A stretch of 64,000 bases of DNA from positions 791,769-855,768 of the forward strand of contig MU004242.1 in assembly GCA_010405405.1 (NCBI GenBank), given 5' to 3'. Under the pieces are notes generated by a model. That model was not told the DNA's origin, did not search any database, and worked only from the letters and a program-made list of their open reading frames with translations. How positions within the stretch are numbered: the first letter of the stretch is position 1; each line of letters opens with the position of its first letter. Both the position numbers and the translations under genes were made by a program. This stretch comes from Microthyrium microscopicum. Lineage: Eukaryota. This document shows positions 50,668-62,955 of the stretch, piece by piece.

Positions 50668-53600
50668 ATGTCCTCCATTCGCCTTACACCATTCACCAAA
50701 GACTACATAGAGGCTTTATCAAGGCTTCCAACTTGCCCAGCACCAAAAACAAATATAGTGCACGCCCAGTGGGACCTATATTCTCAGCACAGGAGAAGAT
50801 TGGTCAATCTATTCGCAAGAGACAAATGGCCAGAAATATCAGTCAAGCATCCTCAGGTGCTCCGCCCCTACGTATTCGATCCGAAGGTGGACAAATGGGA
50901 ACATATTGCAAAGACTCATGGCAAACCCCTGCATCGTGGCAAAGTTGTGCGAGTGTATTCATACAACCGCTTTGCCCACTCTTGGGGTGTAGAGCGCATG
51001 TCTGCGCTATTGGACTATTTGAAGACAAAAGTCGGCCCCGACCCAAATGCAAGCGTCATTATGCTACAGGAAGTTCAGGATAGTACCTACAATGTTCTAA
51101 TGAACCATCCTTGGGTCAAAGAGCACTATGTTTTGTCGAATATTTCCAAACCCGAGAGTGTATACACCGACATCCCAGATGAGTCCTTCACAGTTAAGCT
51201 CGAAGAATGGACATCATCAACTCATGCCACTTCGATGCTAGTGTCAAAAGATCTTTCCATTCTCAATTGTGTGCGCATTCCTTTCGAGAACACGTTCTCA
51301 GGACGAGAAGCACTGGTAAGACGCACCCTCATTATTGGCATAAGTTGACCTTCTCTGGAATGCTACTCAAAGCCTCAATGCTGAGCATTATTTCAGCGGA
51401 GCACCTTAGCCAACACCAATCCATGCGCCGAGTCGACGCTGACAGGACCAGGTGATAGACATTGCTCTCGCCCAAAATGACAGCTCGTCCCCACCCGAGG
51501 CATTTCGGTTGTGCACCGCTCATCTAGAGGCAAATATTTTACCCGCAAGGTTAAGCCAGTTAAACTTACTCTCCACTATTCTTGAAGGATCGCTGCCGGC
51601 CCCTTACACCATCCGGGCAGGTTTGTTGGGAGGTGATATGAACAAGCTTAACATACCATCGACCCACAGGCATCGTGCGCCCTCTAGAGGAAATCTGAAG
51701 GATGCTTGGGATGACCAATTTAGGCCTCTGGTCCCCAACAAATCACAATTTGATTCTTCAGCTGCCCATAGCTTGCAATTAAATGCTACCAGTGGAACTC
51801 ATAGTCGTCGAATATCGCGACCAACTGCACACTCTGCACAAAAAGACGATATGTTATCGCCTCTCCTAGCTCTCCAAGACCTTGAGCGCGATCTTCCTCA
51901 AAATCAAAATGATTCTCCACTGAGGCCCGCCATACCTGAGAAAACAAATTTCGATTATCCGAGTAATACAAGCTCACAATCAACGGTACCATTCACGTAC
52001 GAGGCGTCACGAATCAGAAATCGAAAGCTAAGAAGTAGACCGCGAGTAAGTCTTATCGATATCCTGTGTGAAAGGATCAACATTAACACATTTTGGGTGC
52101 GGTTCCATTCCAGGATACTGGAGCGCATAAAAGCTAAAATACGCTTTTCAAACATACAGAGCAAGCAGATTAGCTTCTCCGCAACTTCCGTTGCTGAGGA
52201 AGTTATCCCTAGCCTGGCGCAGGAACATGCATTGGACATCACGTCCTCTTCACCAACACATGAGTCACAAGCAATCAATTTTCTGCCAAAAAGGTTAGGA
52301 ATTAATGCAAGGAAGAAAAAATCTTATTGGGCAAGGAAGAAGTTGCGGCGCATGAAGGCTGCAATACACTCTCGATACGCACAAAACTTGATCAGTCACT
52401 CGGACTCAGTCAGTGAAAAGATGGAGGACGAGGTCCCTATAGAAGAGTATAGAACGGGCGCCACGACCCCTTCCGTACTGAATGGATCAACCTCCACGGA
52501 GGTCAAGACGATTTCAAAGGGCACAGCCCCAACCGCCGCTCCTGTGCTTAGAGGACAACATCCATATTTTCATTGCAGTCCGGGAGAAGGCGCAATCGTA
52601 TCAGATCCTGCTGTTGCACACCAATTGCCGCTGCTAGCAAACGACTCGTCGAATATTGGGTCAATGTCTAGGTCTGCTTATCACCCCCCGCGACATGGCA
52701 CAGTTGAGACGTCAAAGGAAGCAATATCAGCGGGGAAACGACCTGCTAATCCACCTGCTGGTTATGAAGGAATCAAACCCAGATTATGGAAGCCAACTCT
52801 GGTGAGGAAGCATCTCGTCTCCTCAGACAGGGAGCATAAAACGTTGGAGTTGTCAGAACACCAAATTGTGTACCATTCTCATATCCCAGCAGTGGCTCGA
52901 GAAAAGTCGGCTGTCACAAAGCTCGAGGCCCCGTCGGACGGAGAAGCATTTTGTGTTCCGTCAATCACTGAGCAGCCAGTATCATCATCGTTAGAACAAC
53001 AAAATCTGACCGATGTTGAGATGCCAGCGGTATCTCGAGAACAGTCAGCCCTTGGCAAGCTGAAGGCCATGTCAGATGGAGAAATATGTACTCGGACGCC
53101 AGCAAGTACAGGACGAAAGGAGTCATTGCCCTATAAGCAATTGCTAGACGAGGAATCTAAAGATCGTGCGCTACGGACGAAAATATTGCCTTTCTATCAC
53201 GCAATCAGCAGTAAAAAGCACTACCACACTGTAACGCGAAAGCGACAATTTCGCGAAGGCCTGCACATGCAGGGTCTGCGACAGGCGTTAAAGAAAACGG
53301 AATTCACTGTTCCTGCTAGCTTTCAGCATCTACTCACTCAACCATTCATCGACCGGTTCTGGAGCGCCCCTGATGGAAGCATCAGGCGAAAACAGAAAGA
53401 CTTGTTCTCGGAAAATGATAACGATACAGACAAATGGTCCACTAGTTCCCCCTTCATCCCAATTGAGCTCCGACGAGATCTCCTTCAAAAGTTCCATGAT
53501 AGAAGCGGGCACTCGTCTTGGCCAGGTCATGCCAGTCTTATTGAAGCAGAGGGATGGTGGCCGGGGATGGAGGATGACTTCCGTGAATTTCACAAGTTCT

Positions 53601-54475
53601 GTCCTGTTTGTCAAAGCAAGCAGGGTGATGGAGAGAACAACCACGATGAAGCTAGCCCATCATCTACATTGGAGGACGCAATCAGTCGTCAAGTCGGCTC
53701 ACTTTATTTTCCCCGTGTTCCTGTGCGGGGAACTCTCCCTACTCCTGCTCCAAGTCCGATCACCCATACGCAAGCGAAAACCCCACCTCTTCTCGTCAGG
53801 AAATATCAATCTAATAGCTCATACCCTCTCGTGGAAAAGCATCTCATCGCTTGGGAGGATCATGGCAGGCACTATACTCCTATTGTAAGCCATGGTGTGG
53901 TAGAGAATACTAAACGAGCCCCTACTCCGCTCCCCAAATCACCATCTAATTTTGACCATGATCGCGATAACCGATGGAGTCGCCGTTCACGGGCAAAGAT
54001 GGACATCCACACCAACTACGCCATAGCCATCGCCGAGCACAGAAAACTCGGCCTCGAACCCAGCACAATACAGGACCACTTCCCTTATGCTGGCCGGTAC
54101 GAAGGATCTACTTACGGCTTCCATATTAAACCGGGCGGCTCGTTAGTCTGGCCGAAGCGGCTAGACAGATTTTTCTACACCGGGTCGCTGGAGACTGTGG
54201 CGCTTGGCAACGGCGAAGACCAGGTGCGCAATGTTGGACGTTTGGGTATCGGTCTCAAGACCACAGTTGATGCCTGGAGAGCCGAGAAGGATGGACAGCC
54301 GGGTCAGTCGCACGGGCGCGACCGTCCGTATGTTGACTATATTTCGCTCGAAACGCTTGCTTCGCAGCAGCTGAGTGTTCATACGTGGTCGCGGATACGG
54401 AAGTTAGAAAAGGTCCGACATGATATTTGGGTTAGCGATCATTTTGGCATATGTGTTGGCGTTAGAGTACTTTGA
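50668..54475 (+). CDS. EEP-superfamily (TDP2-like) phosphodiesterase with a large internal insertion carrying an integrase-type HHCC zinc finger
   Basis: Intron 51316-51451 joins the two ORFs. EEP motifs VYSYN, VIMLQEV, LCTAHLE, GGDMN and LKDAW precede the insertion; STYG, RLDRFFY and WVSDHFGI follow it. HHCC motif at about 53453-53620. Confidence 0.82.
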
Positions 54476-55003
54476 GTTGTCGGGACGCATTAGCTGTATT
54501 ATATTCCAATCTGTAGATAATATGTATGATAGAAAGAGACCTCGCCCTGACACATAATTTGACTCCATTAGCCTGATGTTGAATGTTCGCTGTTACAAAT
54601 GCCTTGGATGTGATAAGTTCCAGTCTAATCATTGCTCTCACCTACAATCATAGAGTAGCTAACAATGGAACACCTATTCTCATTTGACCACCTTGATATG
54701 TTCAAAACTAGTTCTGAAGCCCTGTCGAGTGGAGAGGTTGGTACCGTAGCATACTTAGTACTGAATGGTATACAGAACATGTATACGACTGGGACAGTTG
54801 CTACTTCCAGGTCCGTCTGAGGATCTTATTGTCGTGCATCCGGGTATTTGAGCACAAAGAAGTTGTCACCAATGAGACCAACTCAGAAAACGTCTTGTTG
54901 GGGTCTTGACGAGTGCCGAATTGATGGTTGCAGGTGATCATATGAGACATATTGTGAGATGACATGGTACTAGGTAAAAGATGAGCAGTGTAGAATGCGC
55001 TAT

Positions 55004-55705
55004 TCACACTCTGCTCTTCTTACATCCCTTCCGCAGTAGGTCGTCCTCGTCGCCTGAGCGTCTTTTAGGTTGTGCTTGCTCCCTCACAGAGGACACCGTT
55101 CCACTTCCTAAAGCTATGAGTTCCTTGAATTTGAGGCGTAATCGATTTGACGCTCGGAATCCAAATCCACGTTCTATGACCGGCCAAACAGCAGAGTTCT
55201 GGGCTTCCTGGTCCAGTTGAGACATGACTCTCAACAAGACCTCTTCAATAAGGTTGAGGTCAATTCTTGTGATCGATGTTTGCATCATCTCTGATAACTT
55301 ATTCAGAAAAGAGTGTATTTCAGCAGCCTGGGGAAATGGAAGCTGGCCCCCATGGCAGATGCTCGATAATGATTCTTGCATCACATTAATCCTAGAGACG
55401 ATGTCATCTAGCAACCCCAGGTAAAACGTCTGACATGATACTGAAGGAGGAAACAACAAAGAGGCAAATAGTAATGGCTGCCAAGCGATGAAAGGATCTG
55501 CTCCGCTTTCAAGCATTAGGGAGAATATCTTCTTTTCAAGTCCCCATATCAAGCTGTTGTTGTCTTTCATGAGTTGACTCAACATCAAACTCCATACAGT
55601 TTGCTGCGATACCTGATCAATCTCATTCGGATTCGCGTTATGGAGCAGAAGAATTCGTAAATTTTCGAGGTGCAGGGGCTCGGTGGTGAAGTCTGTGTGG
55701 CTCAT
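55004..55705 (-). pseudogene. Orphan C-terminal fragment resembling tails of fungal NACHT/ankyrin-like proteins
   Basis: Degenerate ankyrin-like motifs LRILLLHNANPNE...TVW and LMLESGADP. No upstream NACHT frame; the Kelch gene start is about 360 bp away. Confidence 0.4.
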
Positions 55706-56065
55706 TTGTGGCTACTATGCAAGCCTACAAATGCAACTGGCGAAGTAAAGACGATACTGCTTGCACAGTCAATGATATCGGTGCGAAGATACTCAATGTT
55801 GAGATCTTATTCCCGGTGCTTTATATTCGGACAGACCACAGAGCGATCCATTGAGGGCCAAATATCTATTTTAACAAGCAATGACAGGGCTTTTCAGGCC
55901 ATTGATATCTGATAACTTTATTTGAATTAAGCCTTCTCATATGTGCCAGTGTAATTATACCGGGCTTGCGCGGAGCACGATTTGAGATGCTTACTACCAT
56001 TCACCGCTGTACACAAACTCCATACTTGAGGTGATCGTGAGAAGCATCTGCTCAAAACAAACATC

Positions 56066-57076
56066 ATGGGCAGATATAGCTCCCTAGCCACACTTGCCCT
56101 TCTATTCACCGCAATAACAGCACTTCCCCAAAGCCCGCCGTCCACAAACTGCTTCAGAGCCCTTGCTCCCATCGCCGAAGGCGCCAGACAAGAACATGGC
56201 GCCGCAGCAGTCGGAACGAATCTTTATATCGTCGCTGGCATGCGCAACTGGAAGCTAGGTACCTCCGTCGAGAAGTACGACACCATCGCCAATAAATGGT
56301 CCACTGTAGCGCCGACGGAAATGGGTATGCACCATCCGAACGTCGCGTCCGTTGACGGAAAGGTGTATTTACTTGGCGGTCTCACCACTTTACCAAACGT
56401 CACTTCTGGATTATGGCCGAGCGAGTTGAATGTACGCTGCTATGCGTATGACCCAGCAAAAGATACATGGGAGAAGCTGGCGCCGTTGCCGGATCCGAGG
56501 GGTAGTGCGATGATTGCAGTACATGGCAAGAAGATATATCTAGTCGGCGGCGTCGTTGGGCCTGGAAAGGTGTTGGATGTAGTATCCGTGTATGATACCG
56601 TGAGCAACACGTGGTCCAAACTGTCCGACAAACCACTTCCCGAAGGACGAGATCATGGCGGCGGGGCTGTCGTTGGCGATACGTTTTACGCAGTCGCAGG
56701 TCGCCTAGGCTCACAAACTTCGCGCCAGAACTCCCTGTATGCGCTGAATCTAGTGGATCCAGCGGCGAAATGGCAGACACTTATGAATATGCCAAGCGCG
56801 CGAGGAGGCATCGCGGTGTCAGCGTTGGGAAGGAAGATATATGTCTTTGGTGGTGAGGGAAATCCGGAGCCCAATACGCAGGGCGTGTATTCCAACGTCG
56901 AGTCCTTTGATACTGAGACTAAGTCTTGGGCTGTTGAAGCTCCGATGAAAGTACCCCGACACGGAACTCCTGCTACGACTGTTGGAGATCGTATCTTCAT
57001 TGCGGGTGGTGGAGTGGCTCAGGGTGGAGCTAAAGGTGTTGCTACTGTAGAGTCTTACGGGCCTGGACCGTGTTAG
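56066..57076 (+). CDS. Secreted Kelch-repeat beta-propeller protein
   Basis: Signal peptide plus six Kelch repeats (e.g. GKVYLLGG, KIYLVGG, KIYVFGG, YD...W). Confidence 0.93.
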   Translation: MGRYSSLATLALLFTAITALPQSPPSTNCFRALAPIAEGARQEHGAAAVGTNLYIVAGMRNWKLGTSVEKYDTIANKWSTVAPTEMGMHHPNVASVDGKVYLLGGLTTLPNVTSGLWPSELNVRCYAYDPAKDTWEKLAPLPDPRGSAMIAVHGKKIYLVGGVVGPGKVLDVVSVYDTVSNTWSKLSDKPLPEGRDHGGGAVVGDTFYAVAGRLGSQTSRQNSLYALNLVDPAAKWQTLMNMPSARGGIAVSALGRKIYVFGGEGNPEPNTQGVYSNVESFDTETKSWAVEAPMKVPRHGTPATTVGDRIFIAGGGVAQGGAKGVATVESYGPGPC

Positions 57077-57528
57077 TAGTGTTGATATCGATGTATATGT
57101 AATGATACTCCCAAGGTTGAGGTCTTTTTACTTGCGAGAGTCGTTCAAATATTCGGTAATCCCACAGATCGTGGCGTCGTAAGCGCTGGGGAAGCAGAGC
57201 CTCAATTCAGCCCCCAAAAATCTGGGGAACCACCACCCAAAAATGACAGCATTGAACCTTCCTTGGCCACCATGATTCTGGGTAGAGATTGGCAGGTCCA
57301 ACGCGTCGATTTGACTCTTTCGTGATGAAGTCCCGCTGCGACTTGCCAAAGTACCTTTGTATGACCTGCTGACCATCGCGCCTTTCTGTACTATGTGTAG
57401 CCGCCTATTTTCATCACAGAGTTCCAGAGTGTTCAATTGACACTGTTGAAATCCCCGGAACGCCTGAATTGGATAGACCGCGTTTTTTGCAGCTAGGGAA
57501 TACCACAAATGGCATGTAGCACTCCGAA

Positions 57529-60500
57529 ATGGCCTCTCCCGTCTTCCCCACTTCAGGGGTAAGTCATATCCGTCTGATCTCGAGTACGCGTATGCACCAG
57601 CTAACCAACAATCAACAAACAGGATCGTCCACCAGCCGTACCGCGCTTAGAACTTCTCGCCGTCCCAGCTCCTGCAAAGCCATATCTCGATCTCATCGCT
57701 GTCCATGGCATCCTCGACCATAACCCAGACAATGCCTGGTCAGCACTGGGTACTGCGAATCCTCGCAATGCAGCCGGTGCCAAAACTACCAATTGGCTGG
57801 CCGATGCCGATATGCTGCCTTCGCAAGTACGCAACCTACGAGTATCAGCATTTAGATATGATACAACACCAGCGCGAGAGAAAAATGGCGGCCTAAGATT
57901 GCATCTAGAAAGATGTGCAGAAGCCTTGCGCGAGCGCATAAAAGAGCATACCCCGGACAAGCCACTGCTTTTCGTGGCACATGGATATGGAGGCTTGATT
58001 GTACTCAAAGCCTTGTTGAATGCACCTTTGTGTGAAAGGACCATTGGCGTAGTATGCCTGGGGACTGCATTCCGTCCTGTCGATGCCGAGATACACAATG
58101 CTATTAAAGACACCTTACCAGTCAGCAATCAAGACGGCTACGCCTCGGGAACGAACTTGGCAAGTCTTTTCGATGAATTTGAGGCCTTGCCCGACCTACT
58201 CGTCGACTTTCAAAGCGCCAAGGGAGCCCTAGACAGGCCAATCCGATGCTTCTACGAGACTGAACCTGTTGAGGATCGCGGAATCATCGTCCCGAAGCAA
58301 GCTGCAGTGCTGGATTGGACCAATGCAGTCAGCTTTGCTTTGGAGAAAGTCAACCACAACACCATGAACAAATTCGATGGGCCCCACGACCACAACTACG
58401 AGCTGATCAGCGATGTAATACAAGGACTCGTGGACCTGGCATATCCTCAGATGCTCGTTCAGGCAATTCAGAACAGCGACGATCCTCTAATCATCAGCCT
58501 CATTGATGCCCATCGAAGCTCATTCCCAACTAACGAGCTGCTAAACGAAGTACTGCAAGCCACAATCGTTGAGGGTAAGATTCCATCGCATTTCTCATTG
58601 TAACCAATGGCTTGGACCCTTAAAAGTGTTAGCTCCGATTGTAACCTTATACTGACAGATTACAGGCGATGTAAGGACTCTTCAGCTTCTCTTTGATGCC
58701 AACATCCGTGTCAATGCGCATCTGAACGAGGCTAAAGACACTGCTCTTATTCTCGCGGTGCGGTCACAAATTCCCAACAAGGCTCAAATCGTTCGCATGC
58801 TTCTTGAAAAGGGCGCAGATATAGGCGCCGTGAACTCGGACGACAGAAGTGCGTTTGATTACGCAGAGGGTTTCGAAAACGATGGGATCACGAATCTCCT
58901 TCGTGATAGACCTCTGATCCTGGGACCAGCAGTACGAAAAGCACAGGACGATTGGATTCCTGCCCCACATCTTAAGGTATACTTTTCCCGTATCTAATCA
59001 CATATCTTGATGGGATTTGAAATATACCGAAGTCAGTGATGCTGCCAGCGCATTCGAATGCTCTCATAGAGAGTATTTTCAACTGAGAGCTAAAGGATGC
59101 CACCAAATGCGCTAAGAGACCTACTATTCACCAAATATCTTTGCAGACCGTGTCAGCTCTAAACGCAATCTGAGACTAACAAATTGTAGGTTAATGACTA
59201 TCAAAGTACTCGGGGTCTCTTCGCCAAGATTGCTGATGTCTACGATGTGAATGGAGAAGAACGTACCTTTCTCCGCAATCCCAGCGTTCACGACCTGATC
59301 TATGAACATGGACCGCGCCATTTGATGAACCGGGCCACTTCGAAAGAATCGCAGCAAGGGAACCGAAAATTTCGTTGGCTCCATTTGCCAGCGAACAATC
59401 TGACTTGGATCAAGGACCTTATCCAAAGAACGTATCGCGAACGCGATGAGGAGAATGGGCGACAAAGAGCTTATTTCATACGCAAATTTCAGAGTATCAC
59501 GGATAAATCGCATTGGGAGGATATGGTGATCGCCAGTCCACTCCCGGAATTGACTCACATTCGACACATGACTCCTCGGTGCCGTGTGTTGCCTTATTAT
59601 GGAATCCCAGAAGACATTCCATCTGCCGATATGATACTCTTCGTAAGCTATTTCTAGCTCTAGAAGAATGCTCTAACATTTTCAGATGCCCTATCTTCAC
59701 TACGAATATACCGAGAAGCGCGAGAGTATGGCGAAAGCCGTCAATCGCATTCGAAATGGTGCCAGGAAATGGCCTGCTCGATCTGAGGAGCACAGCGCTG
59801 ATGAGAATTCCCTATGGGCCTACCTGAAAAAGGATATTCCTCTACATATTCGGAGAACACTCGATCAGTTTTACTACGATTCTTTTGATTCTGACAAATC
59901 AGAAATGGAAGATGTTCCACCGAGAAATCAAGATCAAGTTGTACAAAGGTTCATGAAATCGCAAAAGGAGTGGAAGGGCCAGGATCCACTTCTTTTGATG
60001 GTAGATCAACTATGGATGGTCATGTTAGAAGATGGTATGCTTAGAAATACTTGTAACAATGCCTTGCTAATTGTATAAACAGATACACTTATCACTGCAT
60101 TCCCAGAGAGATGGGGCTTGGTTGATCCACACCAAACGAATCCTATCAAAGATGCAGATATTGCCAATATGATTGCGAAAGAGCTTAGCAATCGACACCG
60201 ATCACCCCTCGATACCCCTTTTGACATGATGCTCCTGATTATTGAGCTCTGTACCAAAGTCCTATTCGATTCAGCCTCTCATCGAAACGAGAAACTAAGA
60301 TTTTTCGAATTTTATGAGCGTAAAATCCAAGAAATTGTAGGATGACCATCCTCGCCAATACCAAAACTAACAAAGCGTAGACCAACGAAGAATCTGTTGC
60401 ATTTACGCACATGAAAAACCGATTTGCCGACCTTTCTGAGAGAACTAACGCTCGCGTTCAGGCAAAGATGCACAGAAAACTTCTGGATGAGCTCCTTGAT

Positions 60501-61523
60501 ATATCGAATGAGCTCACCATGCTCAACGAGATCAAGGATGTCTCCGAAGAACTAAACATGATTGACTCTTTACTACAAGAGCAAATGGTTGTTATGGAAA
60601 AGATGGCGGACTTGCTAGAGTACCCAGTAAACCCGATTCCTCCTACAGTAAACAAGAAATGGAAAAAAACTCGAGAAGCAATCGAGTTACGTCGAGACAG
60701 AATCGCCGATATGACCGCTCACGCCCAATCAGTTCAGGACAATATCAAGACTCTCTTCGACATGAAACAACGCCAGGCAAACGCACTAGAAGCCCACATC
60801 TCAGCCAAAGTCGCTCAAGACGGAGAGAGGCAATCAGTGACCATAATGGTTTTCACCGTTGTAACAATTATATTCTTACCGCTTTCATTCATGAGCTCGT
60901 TCTTCGCGCTGAGCGTTAGAGAATGGCCTCGCGACCCACAAAACCAAAACCAAGTATACATGTCCCTCGGCTACGCGAGTCTGCGCATATTTGGCATCGG
61001 CTTTGGCATTGCCATTGGCATCGTTGGTCTCGCTTTCGGCATCAACGAAACACGAAACCGTCTCACCAAACCTGATCCACTCGGCGGTCTCGACAGTCTG
61101 CCATCATCTGCCGCCTCATCCGCTATGGACTCTGCTGCATCGTTCATCTCTTCTTTCCAAGCACGCGCCACTTCTATTCTCACACCCGCCGGCCGCCCAC
61201 TCATTCTAGATCCGAAGCGCGTTCTTGCGAGGCGCGCAGATGGCTTCAGTATGATCGAGTATCAAGAGCCCACGCCTTGTCCGCCAGCCAAGTTTCCAAG
61301 TCAGGCAGTTGCGACGGGGCTATCGAGCTCGAGTTCAGATTCACCAGCGACACGCAGTCTGCTGTCAAACTTCCTCCGTAGATCGACGCCGAAGTTGGCG
61401 AGTGTGGAGGATGATGGTGGCCTGGCGGAGAAGGGTGGGTTGGCGAGGAGACAGACTAAGAGCTGGGATGTCAGGCGAAGTAAACCACGGCGGTGGGGGT
61501 TTTGGAGAAATGGGACTATGTGA
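57529..61523 (+). CDS. SesB-like alpha/beta-hydrolase + ankyrin + CorA-like membrane domain fusion (~1160 aa); 7 exons
   Basis: Introns 57559-57622, 58576-58665, 58977-59189, 59643-59685, ~60035-60082 and ~60338-60380 all keep the frame. Motifs DLIAVHG, NWL.D..MLP, LLFVAHGYGGLIV, CFYET, ankyrin TALILAV/LLEKGAD, RWLHLPANN, MPYLHYE, RRTLDQFYY, LMVDQLW and FTVVTIIFLPLSFMSSFF. Confidence 0.85.
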
Positions 61524-62371
61524 GCTGCTGGGCTCTGGAGATGCTAACGAGATCTACATATCTGTTCTATACACTATTTCGTATTAACTAAATGATTATA
61601 CCTTTCTACACCGGACGGTTTGGCATGCCTCCTTGTCCTTGCGTTATGGCATCGTCGATATGTTACAGACAATCCATGTGGAGCCCAGCGCGTACGCTTT
61701 AGACGTCTTTGCCCAGAGATCAACTTACAAACCCTGAGATCTAAGGATCATTCCCACGTACCAGATCTAATCAATCCTTCCCACGAAACGTATTTTAGTC
61801 ACGCCTTCGTCGGCTAGGACGTTATCATTAGTACGTGAGAGCCAACCGATCTCGGCGCGCAGCGGAAGAGCGCATTCCAAGCAAGGGAGGCAAGGCAGAC
61901 TTAGCCCTTTGGGCACCGAGAATGAAATTGATAGTCATTTTGTGCGAGATTGAGATTGGTTGTCGTGGGTGTTGTTGTTGCGAGTGAAGACAAAAAGGAA
62001 TACTCTAATATGCAACAAGACTTGGGTAGATCAGCAAGTGCTAGGCTAAAGTAGGGGTTGAGTGATCGATTATACTACAAGTATTCACCAAGGTTCTAGA
62101 TACTTAGGTACGGTAGTAAGTATTTGATAGAGCGCTAACTAAATGCCGTTAATGAATAATTAGGATATTCTAGTCGTCTTGAAGAGATATATCTTTTTAA
62201 AATAATACAAAAGCTCACAACATGAGCAGAAATAACACCCAAGCATATCAAAACATACATACAGGTACCATACATCAGTGAAGTCAACTATAAAAATGTT
62301 TATTGCATAGAAACCAAAAAAAAACGATATATTGAAATATCCGCTTGCACATAGACATACATTTTGAAATG

Positions 62372-62442
62372 TGCATCGGCCGTGAATCGAACACGGGGCC
62401 CATCGATGGCAACGATGGATTTTACCACTAAACCACCGAAGC
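62372..62442 (-). tRNA. tRNA-Gly(GCC), intronless
   Basis: Minus strand reads GCTTCGGTGGTTTAGTGGTAAAATCCATCGTTGCCATCGATGGGCCCCGTGTTCGATTCACGGCCGATGCA: cloverleaf, GCC anticodon, A and B boxes, and a downstream T-run. Confidence 0.95.
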
Positions 62443-62955
62443 AAGCTTGGTATTAAACACAAAATCAGCGGCCAAACGTATATATTCTCCTAGCTCTGTC
62501 ATTGGATCATATTCACCCAAACTGGAGGTTACTCAATTCTCGTTGGACGTTTTGCATAATTTGACATTTGAGCATATTATTTATCTTGCCAGTTATCGTT
62601 GTTTCGTGACGTGGGTAATGCCGTGGACTTTAGGTAAGTGCTTATTATCCTTAGATGCCGAATCCATAAGAATACAGTGGTATAGCACTACCGGTTAGAC
62701 TTCAGGACAATCTTTTTTATTATAATTGATCCAAGTTGTAATGTCGTTCGAATACAAGTAAATTCTTCCATTCACAAATTGGGCGAATCAATGCCTGTCT
62801 GGCAGCGCCGCCTAGTAGGACTCTTAAACCTGAATCCAATATAGGATCTCTGTTTATGTATCATCCTGATATGACATAAGACGGAACCGGATTTCAATTC
62901 TCTTGAGTTACCTCAGCATCTATAATTGGCACTAGTAGGAAAGTATATCATATCG

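Noticed and set aside
50623..54475. EEP plus integrase zinc finger interpreted as a LINE or LTR retrotransposon
   Set aside because: No RT (YxDD), RNase H, DDE core, LTRs or poly-A; it has a spliceosomal intron and no RIP damage; the EEP motifs are TDP2-like.
59031..59177. Box C/D snoRNA-like pattern in the 213-nt intron (AGTC-A-GTGATGC ... CTGA-GACT)
   Set aside because: The C box is imperfect, the D box abuts the branch point, and I found no convincing rRNA-complementary guide. An Infernal/snoscan run would be needed.
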